Of a DNA stretch of 64,000 bases, positions 41,451-55,118 are shown one piece after another. A program made the translations under genes and the position numbers. Origin of the DNA: Octopus vulgaris. Its lineage: Eukaryota. The stretch covers positions 106,020,001 through 106,084,000 of the forward strand of contig OX597819.1 in NCBI GenBank assembly GCA_951406725.2, given 5' to 3'. Position 1 is the stretch's first letter, and each line of letters begins with the position of its first letter. The notes beneath the pieces were generated by a model. The model was not told where the DNA came from, did no database searches, and saw only the letters and a list, made by a program, of their open reading frames with translations.

Positions 41451-41537
41451 ACAAGATGACATTTCATAAATTAAGCTATACTGTTTTCGCTCACTTTTAC
41501 ATAACTTTAGGTTCAACTAACATATATATATCTTTAA

Positions 41538-41595
<58 letters not shown>

Positions 41596-42104
41596 GTATA
41601 TTACATAAACATATACATATGTTCATGTGTTTTTGCATGTGTACCGGAGCTTCTGTTAGCGTAAGATTGTTTTACAATCGTGTTCATGTGGTCTTAATTC
41701 CAGTATAGAAGAAATTATGCGTAAATGTTTATGTTAATATGCTTGGCAATACAATACAATAGTATATCCACAATCGTCGGAATATTATGCTTACACTAAT
41801 GACTCAACTTTCCAATGGAAGTCACGTGGTTAAGTAAATATATATTTACCTCTCATATCTCCCGATTTTTTGATTTTGTGTAGTCCTCACGAAGTACCTT
41901 CATTTTTCGGATCTTCTAAATCATTAGCATGGACTATCTACATTACACGTCTTCGTAGTTGATCACTGTGTGAACTGTTAACCGAGGCCGCAAGATGAGA
42001 TTTCTGCGACAGCTGCACGATCCTCTGAATCCACATCTTCTCCTGCTTATTTATAATGATATATATATATATATATATTCATATATGAAAAGTTGTCGAA
42101 GAAC

Positions 42105-42460
42105 TTAATAATGATTATGTTATGGGATATTTGTATCCACATAAACAAAATGATTAAGGTAGAACGGCCGGATATTAATGTCAAAGACCATCAGGAAATG
42201 AAGTGTCTCCTGATCCCTCAACAGACCTTAACGTATTACAATGAAATCTACAAAGATAATCTAAATAAATATAAACATATAATAAAACGGTGGTGACCAA
42301 ATTGTGGCGGTTCAAAACAGAAACATTAATATAATATGAGATTGATTTGAAATGATTAAAAAACAAGCAGAGAAACTTATAACACAATACCCAGGCCTTG
42401 CATGCATAGCATTCACATACCTTTAAGTATTGAAAAACATATCGTAATTGCTTGATCAAA
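42105..42460 (+). mobile_element. R4/Dong RLE fragment
   Basis: IMLWDICIHINKMIKVERPDINVKDHQEMKCLLI. Confidence 0.7.
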
Positions 42461-43098
42461 TACAGGAAAAACAAAACAAAATACACGAAAGCGTACATCC
42501 TTACACTTAATACATTCTGGCAGACTTGGACTTGAAAATACTAATTGTTGTTGTGTTCTGGTTTCAGAGAACAGTTCATCTCATTGATGAGTATTCACCA
42601 TATACTAAGCTCATTGAAGTATGGTGCCTTTATTACTCCTGTGTGTCGACTAACGTTGTGTTGTGTTTCTTTAGTCAAAGCTAACATTAGATTAATGAAA
42701 CTAAGCAAGACTGGTAATTCTTGTTTATAGAATTCAGCCAATGAAATATTTGCTAATGGGTCCTGATTGCTTCCAGCTCGATAGTGACGTGTTGTTTCCA
42801 CGGAGAACAGCGTGAACCAAAACAACGACGTACATATATATTCATTCTTAAAATATTCGGGCAGATTTGATCGTGAATATGCTGATCGCTAATGCATTTC
42901 ATCTTTGGATATCACTTTCGTCTTTCAGATGATGCGTTTATACAATATTGGATTCATCGGAAAACTTGGCTCAGCGGGATTTGAATTCACAATGTAAAGT
43001 GTCAGAACAAAAAATAATCGAAAAGTTCTTTGATTCTTTAGCGATTCAAATAGCTATGCGTCTTAGGCGCCTGTATAATAATAATATTGATAATAATA

Positions 43099-43151
<53 letters not shown>

Positions 43152-43233
43152 CGATGATGATGATGATGATAATAATAGTAATAATAATAATAATGATGAT
43201 AATAATAATAATAATAATAACAATAATAATAAC

Positions 43234-43272
<39 letters not shown>

Positions 43273-43432
43273 TTTTTTTATGTATTAGACATTCACTAGT
43301 ACAACACCAAAAGAAAAGAAGAAAAAAAAAACCCCAAATATATGGCACAGAACTTCCAACCTGTTGTCTCTTGAGGTCTCTGGGTGAGACTTGGAGCCAA
43401 CTTGTACAGACATAAAGCAAAAGTCAAACATA
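43273..43432 (+). mobile_element. R4/Dong 3' UTR-only insertion in (AAT)n
   Basis: Close match to 27645-27787; AAT tracts both sides. Confidence 0.85.
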
Positions 43433-43484
<52 letters not shown>

Positions 43485-43994
43485 TATTATTATTATTATT
43501 ATAAGATGCAGTTGTTAGAAAGATACAATGAAAAAAGTAATTATTTGTTACAATCGATCCCAGTAAATGACTGGTATTTTATTTCATCGACCTCGAAGAA
43601 ATGATCGACAAAGTTGATATCGCCCAGATAAAAAGCCACAATGTAAATGCGGAATCAATCTTGTAAAGAAGTAATGATTCTGTAAATCAGTCACCCTCAA
43701 ATATTTGGAAGAATTTTATGAGTGATACTTAATTTTATCAATTCTGCAGGAATGGAAGGCGAAAGTGGCGTCGGTAAAATTTGATCTAAGAAATGTAGTT
43801 AATCGGAAGACATACAGTAAAAATTTTCTTCGACGATCTATCGATTTTGCAAATTTTACTACGCTGAGAATAATATTAATAATAATAATAATGATAATGG
43901 TTTAAAATAACAAGATGAACAAGAATAAGAACAAAATCAACAACAACGATAATAATAACAACAGCAATAATAACAACAAAATCAACCACAACAA

Positions 43995-44690
43995 CAAGAA
44001 TATTCAGAGAGCGCAGATCTCTTCCAAGGCAACACCAACGTCCTCTTAACGATATTAGCCGGAGATGATTTTAAAATGAGAATATCTGAAATAAACTCGA
44101 CTGCCCTCACAAACGAGAATACTAAAAATGAACGCGACCGCTCTCAGAAATTAAGTAAAAAAAACGGAAAAATAACCCAAAAATCCTTGTCCGGTACCTG
44201 ATCGATCCCAATGATAGTCATAGAATGCTAAGGTCGGTGTGCGGGCCATGTTTGTAATGGTGTGTGTGTGTGTGTGTGTGTGTTGTTTGCAGTGGGAACA
44301 GGAGCAGTTTTCTCTATGAAGGCCTATTTTAGTCAGACACGAGTAAAATTAATAACAGAGAAACGAAAATAAAACTTTGGAAACAGCAACGCAATCATAA
44401 CTTACGCTGAAACTATGAGCGTGCTTTCAAGGGATATGATCAGAGAAAGACTTGAAAGTCAATGTAAGATTGTAATACTTCATGTAAACTAAAGTAAATG
44501 TAACAAATAATCCAGAATCCTTGTCCAGTACCGGATCGATGCCAAAATTTAATCAGTTCGTGCCAGTTACGAGACCAAATATTCTTGAAACTTTCATCAA
44601 AATCTATCGGGCGGTTCTTGAGATATCTTCTCCACTGGCAAACAAAGAAACACGACTGAAAACAATACTTCCGCCTTCGCTAAGGTAATA
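43995..44690. mobile_element. Non-autonomous Helitron/Helentron-like (HINE-type) element
   Basis: AACTTTCATCAAAAT...CTTGAGATATC..ACAAAGAAACA...GAAAACAATACTTCC..AGGTAA terminus; internal duplication 44170-44210 / 44505-44545. Confidence 0.45.
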
Positions 44691-44710
44691 ATGATAATAA
44701 GGTAATAATG

Positions 44711-44771
<61 letters not shown>

Positions 44772-44773
<2 letters not shown>

Positions 44774-45010
44774 GGAAGAATAGGAAGAATTTGGTGCATG
44801 CGAACAGTAAAGTTCGTGTCTATAATAACTGGTGCGTTGGGGACAGAAAGCCAAGACATAGAGAAATGGCTGAATGATACTGAAATAGAATGCCCGGTAG
44901 AGCTCCTACAGAAAATTTGTCACTTAAGCAAAAATTATCAGGAGAGTTCTAAGCACTTAAAAGACTGCTAAAATCTTGTTGATACCTTAGGTTACAGGTA
45001 GTACCTACTA
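44772..45010 (+). mobile_element. R4/Dong 3' fragment
   Basis: RIWCMRTVKFVSIITGALGT...IECPVELLQKIC, after (AAT)n. Confidence 0.75.
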
Positions 45011-45689
45011 AAACCGAACCTGAGCCAAACGAAAATGATAAAACTTTTTCCAAATGATACATGGCTGGAAATCATGAAGGCGAATGCTAGTTGATTTCAA
45101 TGATCAAAGTGCACAACTCGTACTTATTTTTTATTGCCACCAATGCCAACCTTGGCGGAATTTCAATTTCTAACAAAATGTACAAGAAATGCCAACGATA
45201 ATTTAGAAAATCGATACTATCCAAGGCCGCCAATGTGCAGATTTGTTATTACATACTTACAACTGAGAAAGCTGATGTGTTCTAGTATCCGCCCGCATCA
45301 CAGGACTTTGTGTTTTTCAAGAACTTACTGGGCCATCATTTGCTGCGACGATCAGAACCCGAAAGATTCTCAGGTTTTACACCAGAAATCTTCTCTGGGA
45401 CAGATCTAACAAGAACCTGGGATTCATCATTCCTGTGTGGTATTGGGGCACGCTTGTTCATCATGACAGATATTTCTTCCTTACTAACTAACTCTACGTT
45501 GAATGCGTCCTTAACAGGAATTGAAATTTGTCCTGCTAGGTTTCTAGTAACCATTTCCACCAGGCTAACCTTGTGGGGCAGCAAGTTTAGACAGCGACGA
45601 ACTCACTATGTAGCAAATTATATTGGACTCTATTTTGCCAGATGCATTCATGAGCGTTGCTGGTAACTTGCTGGAGACTGCCATTGGTG

Positions 45690-46900
45690 TACTTAGTTTA
45701 TTTCAGTTCCATGTTTTGCTCTCCGCCCTTGGTTTCGGAGTTGTTCAGCGATCGTTATTTGCATTATATTGGTTCATCTGCTATCTCAGATAAAAATTTA
45801 TCTACCTTCCTTTTGAATAATCCTCATCTACGTTTCGCAGAGTTGTGAGGTTCTTTTTCATTTTAAAACTATGGAGAAGTTGTGGGCCCTTGATCACTAA
45901 GCTTTTACAGTGTTGGAGTCAGCCTAGATGGAGAGGATGGGATGTTTGGTACAATACAGTAGAGTCCATTTCAAGTGTTGTTACATCCTTCAATCCTCGG
46001 TTTAGGCACTAAATCCTGTATGTTTCCATATACTTACTTATCACAGCACATCTTTCGCGTCTTTTTTCTCGCTCATCTTTGCACGAAAGTAATCTTGGTG
46101 TAACAACATTAGATTACTTCAAGAACTGCTGTCAGATTGGGCGCTATATGGTAACCATAACTGGAAGTACTAATTTAGAGGAATGACAGAAGACTTTTCC
46201 TCAGGAGATATATACATTACCTAATATCTCGTACTTTACGATAATACGTTAAATTTTGATGATGATTTGACTGTTATTCTTAATGGGTCTAATTTTAATA
46301 ACACAGTATCGTGCGAGATTTGTGCATTTATATAAATAATGTGTGACTTGCTGTATGATGTTCTGAGTTCTATTCACGTTCTTTTTCTTCATATCCTCTT
46401 TTATGGTAAACTCAGAGAAGCAAGAGAACTTAACCCACGGCAATTTTCTGGGCCTTCCAGACCAAATAAAAGTTATATTGAAAGTGGTATCGAAACCCTA
46501 ATGCTTTGAATGCAGTGGAACTCGCGAAATGCTTTCAATGATTATTTTAAACCCGATGCTGGATCTGTTAAGAAACGGAGCAGTTTCTCGGCATTGTTAA
46601 CTCAATCACAATCACAATCACAAGTAATTGATTTTCCTGAAGTTAGAATTGCACAAGTTGCCACATAGTGGATTTGAGAGTTAGATTATCATATTCGAAT
46701 TTAATTGTTGTTACAGATTGCTGCTGTGGTTGAGTATCCATGACTTAGAGAAAAAATACATATGTAGGTCACACCAGAGCTTTCAAAATGTCTGATCATA
46801 ATAAGTTACATTTTCTTTCATTTAGCAGTGCTAAAGTTTCAACACTATCCATATCAAATAAACACTATTTTCTAGATGCTCTCATCTACCGTATAAAAAT
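45690..46900 (-). mobile_element. Decayed CR1-group LINE 3' region
   Basis: Minus strand EKRRER..., GLVP..., SLVIKGPQL..., LRN..., FKRKVDKFLSEIADEP, typical of CR1-group C-termini. Confidence 0.6.
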
Positions 46901-47355
46901 ATTGCGATATATACCTGCTCCCAATAAAGACGTAGATAATTTGATCATCTAATGCAATCAGCGTGAAGCCCCGTAATGCATCCAATACGTTTTGATCATC
47001 CCAAAAATAACAAATAAACACTAGCAAATTGGGTCACAATAATTCATACATCTTAGTTGGAGTTTTATGCATCTCGTTTCTGAGCACTGATTACAACGAA
47101 TGTGGCATAAATAAAGAACGTCCAAGAGATGGTCAATTATACAGTAAAACAGCTTTCATGGTTCCATCTACAGAATCGATAAGTAATCATCTGTTTTGTA
47201 TGGAATTCCAATTTTCTTAATTAAGCCCTCAATATCTTAGACGAAAAGAAATTCTATTTCGGCTAAATCTTGCTTAGATGGTTTTTATATACCTGCACCG
47301 TTTTTCTATAATCGCAATCCAAATCATATATGTGGTACAATTATGAAATGAAAAC

Positions 47356-47406
<51 letters not shown>

Positions 47407-47550
47407 GCACATGTATGTGTATATATGTCTATGTACACACATCTATAGAGATTTGGAGAAAATTGGGGAGATACGAATCAATATAAAAGAGTATTTTCTT
47501 TTTAATCGGTTAAGCAACACAAGCATACTCAAACATGCACATACGTGTGA

Positions 47551-47596
<46 letters not shown>

Positions 47597-48043
47597 TAAA
47601 TGAATATATATATATATGATATTTATAGGTATATGTTTATACACTCTCACACACCAACACATGCATACACGCGCACACGCACACGTACGGGGGCACGCAC
47701 GTACACACACATACACGCCCGCGATGACTAATTACAGAAAAACCTAGTTGAAGAATCACAGAAGCTTAACGAAAACTATCCTACATATAATTTCTGCTAT
47801 AAGTTGGCGATTCAATCTTCCTGTTTACTAGTTCATAATCGCATTTATTTCTTATTACCTGTATATGAATTTCTGTGGGCAAAGTCAAGTTAAATGAATA
47901 AGTGAATATGGTCTAGTTAACGATGTCCATATACTATACAGTTCTATATTTAAGAGATGAGGAATTATTTACGTTATGAACAATATTTACATTTGACGGA
48001 TATTCGCCCTCATCTTGTTCGTTGTTAATACAACGTTTTACAC

Positions 48044-48110
48044 TCCACTACCTGGAATCGAACTCGGAATCTTGGGGTTAGTACCCCGCGCTCTTAACCG
48101 CTACGCCGTG
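48044..48110 (-). promoter_or_regulatory. tRNA-like Pol III head inside PLE pseudo-LTR
   Basis: GGCGTAGCGGTTAAGAGCGC-GGGGTACTAACCCC-AAGATTCC-GAGTTCGATTCC (A box, anticodon-like arm, B box); partial second copy at 50703-50737. Confidence 0.7.
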
Positions 48111-48136
48111 GGCAATTATGGAGTGAATTTTAGGGC

Positions 48137-50450
48137 TTATAAATCTAATATTCTCCTATCCTTCTTTAATACCGGTTCCCATATGCTGTTCATATCTGCA
48201 CTCGGTCTACTTAGGTGGTAGTTGTGTCCTAGCATATGTGCCGCTTCTTTTAGTTTTCGTATTTTCCAGTGGTGTCCTCTGCCTATTATCTTAACTTCAT
48301 CCCGCAAGGGGGGGGGGGTCTCCATTTTTCCATACACGCTCAGCTATGCCCGATTTATCAATATCTCCCCGTGTCACAGCTTTGCGATGTTCCTCTACCC
48401 TTATTTTGAGGGGGCGGCATGTTTCGCCATTGTATAACCTACCACAGCTGCATGGGATAGAGTACACGCAATTCTTGGTCATATTCTCTTCTATTGCTTC
48501 TTGTACACGAAGGAGATATTTGCAAAGTGTTGCATTACTTTTAAATACTGTCCTGATGTCATATGAGCCGCATATCTTTCGTATCTTTACGGAGAAGCCT
48601 TTCACATAGGGTAGTTAGACTGTGGACAGTTTATCGATTTCATCCTCTCTTTTCTTTATGATTGGAGTGGAGAGTGTGCTTTTAGTGTAGTTGTTGCTTA
48701 ATAGATTGTTACTGAGCTTGATCATTTGTTCGTGGTGTGTATTACGATCGCTACTCATATCCATTGCTCGATGTTTTAGGCACTGAGCAATCCCGCTCTT
48801 TATACTGTATGGATGGTGGGAGTTGAAGTTGAGGTATCATCCAGTGAAGGTCGGCTTGCGGTATACAGATGTTCTGATCCATACTTGGTGCGTGTTAGTA
48901 ATACGTCCAGGAAAGCTAGCTGATTGTCTTTCTTTTTTCCATTGTGAACTGTATGGATGGCTTTATTGAGTTCACATGATCTAACTGCACTTGGACATCT
49001 TCCTGGTGGGGCCAGATTGTAAAGGTGTCATCAACATATCGTAGGTATAGTGTTGGTTTTAGTGGTGTTGATCCTAAAGCCAAATTTTCAAAGTTTTCCA
49101 TGTATATATTGCCTATTACCGGTGATAGTGGCGAACCCATAGCTAAAGCCTCCTCTATCGATATATATAAGTGTCCATACTGAAGTAGGTAGCTTCTACA
49201 CAGAAGGTCAACATTTCTATCAAGTTTTTTATTGGAATATTAGTGCGTTCTTTTAGATGGGTGTCTGTCACTAGTTTTTCTTGAATCACCGATAATGCTT
49301 CACCAGTTGGGCCTTTAGTGAACAGACTTATCTCATCTAGATTCACCATCTTGTTGGATTGAATGAGGGTATCCTTTATCGATCCTTTGAAGTGGGTGGA
49401 ATTCTCCATGTACAATGTTGACTTTCCTGCTAATGGACTCATTATATCCATAAGGAAGCGGCTCAGTGGGTGACATGCTGAACCTCTGCAGCTCACTATA
49501 GCTCTTAATTGAATACCATCCTTATGAATCTTAGGAAGACCGTACGTGTGTAGTTGTTTACTGTAGCGTTGAGTCAGTTGTCTGTACTTCATTGCTGTAA
49601 AGTGATGCTTGTTCATGATCAAAATCTGTGACAACCTCCCCTCTATTTTCAAAGTAGTGTCTTTCTTTACTTTGCCGTAGCTATCATCACTTATAAGACT
49701 TGCCAGTTTTTCCGAGTAGTCAGACTTGTTCATCACCTCTGTAACATTCCCCATTGTCTGCTGCAAGTATTATGATGGAATTGTCATTCTGTAGTCTTTT
49801 GATAGCGAACGTTTCTTCCTTAGTGATGTTTGATTTGGGAAGTTTCGCTTTTTCTAGTACCCTTTAGTTCATCTCCCTGATCTTTCGGTATCTTTATGGC
49901 TATCTCTTCAATAGGGGATATTATGTCCAACTATGGAATGCGCCTGATGGTTGTCGCAAAGTTGAGGTCTTTGTTTAGTACTGTTTCTTCAGAGCTTTCT
50001 AGATGTCGGCCACTTACATTAATTATTGCTTCAGTCTCCATTCTCTGACCTTTGAGTTTCATAAACTTCTTACTCTGGCGTGTCTGCAACTTTTCAAATT
50101 CTTTCATGTACGACTTTTCTAGATCTTGTTGGATTCTCTTTCTATCATCATCTCTGGTTATTTTTCTAAGTAATGAAGATAACATCTCTTTGATTTCGTT
50201 ATTTAGTTGATGTTTGTTCCAACGGTTGTAATGAATCCTCTCGTGGACGAGGGCACGTCCTGCCCTTTCCGTTACTCTTCTAGCTTTATATGAATCCACT
50301 GGTATCATTATATTGAAGCCAGGTGGTATTAGCTTTGAGTCTTTACATCTCCACAGGAAAATTAGATGGTTTGAAAGACGAGCTAGTTTTTGATGGAGTT
50401 TCTCTATATGTCTCCATTGAGGTTTTATGTCGGCTCCGTACCGATTAGAT
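48137..50450 (-). pseudogene. Penelope-type RT-GIY-YIG polyprotein (stops and frameshifts)
   Basis: NHLIFLWRCK...LIPPG, LNKDLNFA, YGLPKIHK, SLFT, MGSPLSP, RYVDD, NCVYSIPCSCGRLYNGETCRPLKIRVEEH, RKLKEA. Confidence 0.9.
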
Positions 50451-50542
50451 AATACAGTTCGATGTTTAAGAAACGAGGAATTATGTACATTATTTACTTT
50501 ATTTACATATGAAGGATATCTGTCCTCATCCTGTTTGTTGTT

Positions 50543-50588
50543 AATACAACCTTTCGGCTGATATACCCTCCAGCCTTCATCAGGTGTT
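50543..50588 (-). ncRNA. Minimal type I hammerhead motif in PLE pseudo-LTR (stem III mutated)
   Basis: AACAC-CUGAUGA-A-GGCUG(GAGGGUAUAU)CAGCC-GAAA-GG-UU-GUAUU; the other repeat retains AAACGUUGUAUU. Confidence 0.75.
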
Positions 50589-50636
50589 TTGGGGCAAATT
50601 TGGAACCTGGGTTCTCATTCCTAAGGTATTTTTCGA

Positions 50637-50694
<58 letters not shown>

Positions 50695-51039
50695 TACCAG
50701 GTCACTGCCTGGAATCGACCTCGAAATCTTGGGGTTTATTTGCATATCAGTGCATTCATAATCTGCGCCTATTGATATTAATCTTCGCTGGCTATTGACA
50801 ACTTTAATACTGTAAAACTGACATTTTTCTGTGAATAGTTGTATGGCATTTTCACGCCCCTCCTTTCTACATGTCTGTCTCTGCCTTTAGAGTATAATAG
50901 TTTGAAAGGGCTGATGGGCAAGCAATAAGCAGGGGAAACTACTCAATTTTTCTTTGTTTCACTTTACAGCAAAAGCAGTCTGATTTGACTGCAAGCTATA
51001 TGTACATTGTACAGCGACGATGAATGAATGAATGAATGA

Positions 51040-51127
<88 letters not shown>

Positions 51128-51136
51128 GTCTATCTG

Positions 51137-51205
<69 letters not shown>

Positions 51206-51789
51206 ATATATATATATGTATCCGTCTGTCTATTTATCTATCTAGCTATACACACACATACATACACACACACGGGTATATACAAACATATATTGATAAC
51301 TTAATAACGCTTGCGTTTGAGAAACTTGGCTTCATCGTCATCATCGCTCTGCGAATATGGAAAGTTTAAATGAGAGAAAGACCAAGCTGATAGTAACGAA
51401 TTACTTAAACCTCAGTGAGTAGTACACTTAATATCGGCTGTATAAGGAGCACTGATTGATGCATCCTACTGTGCATGGAGAACGGCATTAGGCATATTAC
51501 AGTGCGAGCAGCGATCATGCACATATTTCCTGGTAGCATCACTCTACTTGGCTAAAAGGGGAAATAGTTTCGGAAGGCGACAAGATAATTTTAAAATCCA
51601 TTCGATAGCTGTCGACCTCAATGAAGACAGTGTGTAAATTATAATATGATATAGTAAAGTATAGTATAATACAATATGAATATGATATATAATATAAACT
51701 ATGAATATAGTATTATATAATATAAAATAAGCAATGACTCATTTCCACACGCACACTCGCATTATCCTTCCTGTAATTCTTTTTTCTCC

Positions 51790-52320
51790 CCTTCATTTTC
51801 TCTCTCTCTCTCTCCTTCTTCGTCCTTTACTCACTCTTGTTGCTCACACGTGACCATCGTCCATCTTTTTTTCCTCACATGATCATCTTTATTTTCCTTC
51901 AGTCGGTCGCACAGACGAGAAGCATTCTTATATGTCACCTCTCTTATCTTTTCTCTTGTCAAAGAATATTCCTTTAGTGTTCGATACCTTACCTTATCTG
52001 GCCTAACGGCTCTCCATGTTTGTTTCCGTTTGGTTTGTTGTATGTCTCCACTGTCCTGTTTTTGTTACCAACTTTGACTTTCCGCAAATTTCAAATTTTA
52101 TTTTGGTTTGCGGGAGCAACTGCTTTACGAAACCTCATATTGTCGTTAATTGCTCAAAATATGGAGTAGATGAACAACCGACAACTGATGAAGGGTCGTT
52201 CTTTATGTTACTTGTCTTGTTTTCCATTTGTTTCTCTCGGTATTCGCATACTCGGTATTCGTATTTCATGTTGTTTGGATTTCGTGACGTCTTGTACCCA
52301 TATATGCATAAATATATACA
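51790..52320 (+). mobile_element. Diverged relative of the 37136-38150 element
   Basis: Same order of modules: (CT)n, CCTGTTT, GC-closed hairpin, CTGATGA-(A/T)GGG, GTC(C/T)TGTAC, TA-rich end. Confidence 0.6.
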
Positions 52321-52402
52321 TATATATGTAAGTATGAACATATATGTAGGGTTGCATATATATATATATTTATCAAAAGAAAAACAGGATGCAAAAGATT
52401 TA

Positions 52403-52489
52403 GCGGTACATATGTTTCTGGCTTTATTGGACAATTTATATCAATGCATAATTGATTTAACATGTATGTCAATAGCCTTCTTCAGCCGC
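52403..52489 (-). ncRNA. Type I hammerhead motif with long stem II and palindromic stem III
   Basis: GCGG-CUGAAGA-A-GGCU..(long stem)..AGCC-A-GAAA-CAUAUG-UA-CCGC in a (TA)n-flanked module (~52370-53050). Confidence 0.75.
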
Positions 52490-53114
52490 GTACAATTACC
52501 ACACCAAAGACATATATTACATTATAGCAGGTTTGAGAAGAGGTTTGGGAAAAAGACGAGTTTCGTTGGGAATGCAAACCCACATAGTCGTATACGGCAC
52601 AGCGAGACACCAAAACAAACGTCCATACCGTTTTTTCACTCGGTAAAGGATGAGGAGGTTGGATGTTGAGATAAAGAGGGAAGAAGTGGAAGGGGTGAAT
52701 CTTTAATGAAGTTGGGATCACAAAGAGGAAAAAGTATATGTATAAGTATATGTATAATTCTAAACATGATTATACAGGATAATAGTAAGTGCAAAATGTA
52801 ATAAAAGAGTAAAAATATTAAAAAAATAAGTATATAAATATATAAAGATACAAAGGATGTCGTGTGTCGGGTCTAAGGTTATAGAGCTGTATTGTGACAG
52901 TGTAGACGTGAAAAATAACATGGAAATACAAATAAAGATAAAGAAGCGAAAAAATAAAGACGAAAAATAAAAAATGAAGGTATAAAAAAATAAAAAAAAT
53001 AAAAAAGTGGACATAAAGATGAAGTAAGGTAAGAATAAGGAGATACAGAAATATATATATATATATTATTTATATTATATGATTGAACGCCACGCATCCA
53101 TTTCCAAGTAAGTT

Positions 53115-53148
<34 letters not shown>

Positions 53149-53692
53149 TGTATGTATGTATGTATGTATGCATGTATGTATATGTGTGTGTGTAATATCT
53201 TTTGTATCGTAATATATTATGAATCATTTAGTTGTTGCTTGCTTCGGTGTATCCTCCGGCTATTGGTTTATCAAAGAAGATAACTAACTCAATCAGGAAG
53301 CTGCCTGATAAAATGGTTGCCCGAAGAGACTCCATCGTCATAAAATAATAACAATGAGGTAACGAATACAATCAGAAAGAAATTCGAAACTATGGAAAAA
53401 TGTCGGTACAAGTAATGCATTAAATTATTAACGTTGCTATATTGCTTTTTTACTTAATATGTATATATAATGTAGATGCTCCCTCGTCCACCGCTAACCT
53501 ATATGTAAATATGCTAATGGATGCCAAGCCAAATCTACACCTGTAAAAGGCAGGTAAACACTAAAAATAACCAACAATAGAAAAGGTTAAAATATTGATC
53601 ATACTAATGTCTTCTTGTGAAGACGCACACCCATGCATAGCACATGCTCATATATATATATATATATATATATAAATATGTGTGCATGTATA

Positions 53693-53755
<63 letters not shown>

Positions 53756-55118
53756 GTATTTATATGTATTTACATTGACAAACACATACGCAAACACGTT
53801 CATGAGTGTCTGTGCTTGTGTGTGCGCGCGTGTGTATGTAAATAATTTAAAGTTCTTGTCACAAATTATGCTGAATGTAAAAATATGCATGTGTTAGAAT
53901 TGCTTTTACTCGAAAATGCCTATGACCAAAAATTAACTGTATGGTGTTGTTCAATCTGAAATTCTATATTCATAAGTTTGCATCAAATCAGTTCTGTAAT
54001 AATGAAACATGCATCAAAATCATGATTTATTGAAGTTACGTGTAGAGAACAATATTACTTTCTTATTGTTTAGACTTTGATTTCATTTTCAACAGAATAA
54101 TAACAATTTACACATAATTTTGAAAGAAAGAGATTCTCAGCGGACAGCAATTTACGTAGGAAGATATCGTTTAGCGATTAGAAATTATTTTCCAAAACTA
54201 AATTGTTAATTTGCTGCACTTTTCGAATCACAAAAATCAACATACGAATTATTATCTTATTAGCGATGGTTGAGAAACAGGCTACATTTCACTAGTTTAT
54301 GGCGTCGTACGATTGAATTTAATGAAGCCGCCACCAAATGAAGAAAGTAGATTGGATAGATTTGTGTGCATATTATCTCTTTTTTATGAATTACATTTTG
54401 AGAGCATCTGATTTCAACAAAAGGGATATATAATTTTCCCAACAGTAAGTTTCAAAATCTTTACCAAAGAAAAAATTAACGAGTTATGCACTTCGAAATC
54501 ACGGGATTTTTTTAAAAATAAGGGCTAAAATGCTCTCCAAACATGCATGCCATTTCAGAAAAAAAAAACACAAGGACATACTTGATAGCATCGTTTTAGG
54601 TAGCCACCAGTTAACGAAATGGTCGTGGATAGAACAACTTCGACCATACTGTAAGTTTGACGGGAGATTTAACAACAAAAATAACAGCATTTACATTGGA
54701 AACTACTGTGAGAAGTTTTCATCCAGTAGATGTTTTCTGTAGAAGATCTTACGCAATTCCATACAGCTGTAACTAATTGATATTTAGACAGCATATAAAC
54801 AAATACTTGGCCATAGCGTTTTTGACACAAGTGACTTATATTTAAATTATGCAAAAATATTCTTGTTAATGGTCAACTAACAGCTGCCACGAAGTTTTGT
54901 GTCAGTATTAATTATGATAAATGACGAATTAATGTGGAAAATGGTAGCTATTAGATTAATAGATGCGCATCCACGCACGTGCACAACTACACTACACCCA
55001 CGTGAAAACACAAACATGCTGAAACATATTCAACTGTATATACACATGTATACAAGCTTTTCTGTATAATATATGTGACTATGTTCATATGTATGTATTG
55101 TATATATATATAACATAA

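Larger units (their letters stand above)
47929..50740 (-). mobile_element. Near-full-length decayed Penelope-like element (RT + C-terminal GIY-YIG) with direct pseudo-LTRs
   Basis: Terminal repeats ~47935-48080 and ~50452-50737 flank a disrupted ORF. Confidence 0.9.

Noticed and set aside
45336-45584. 82-aa normal-composition ORF on minus strand as possible host exon
   Set aside because: Non-ATG start, no recognisable domain or clear splice sites, lies among TE fragments.
48044-48110. Functional tRNA gene (also SINE heads at 18.3, 32.5, 55.5 and 61.6 kb)
   Set aside because: Acceptor stem and anticodon loop are not canonical; embedded in repeats.
52016-52669. 217-aa ORF
   Set aside because: Crosses two unrelated repeat modules and a TA tract; no domain.
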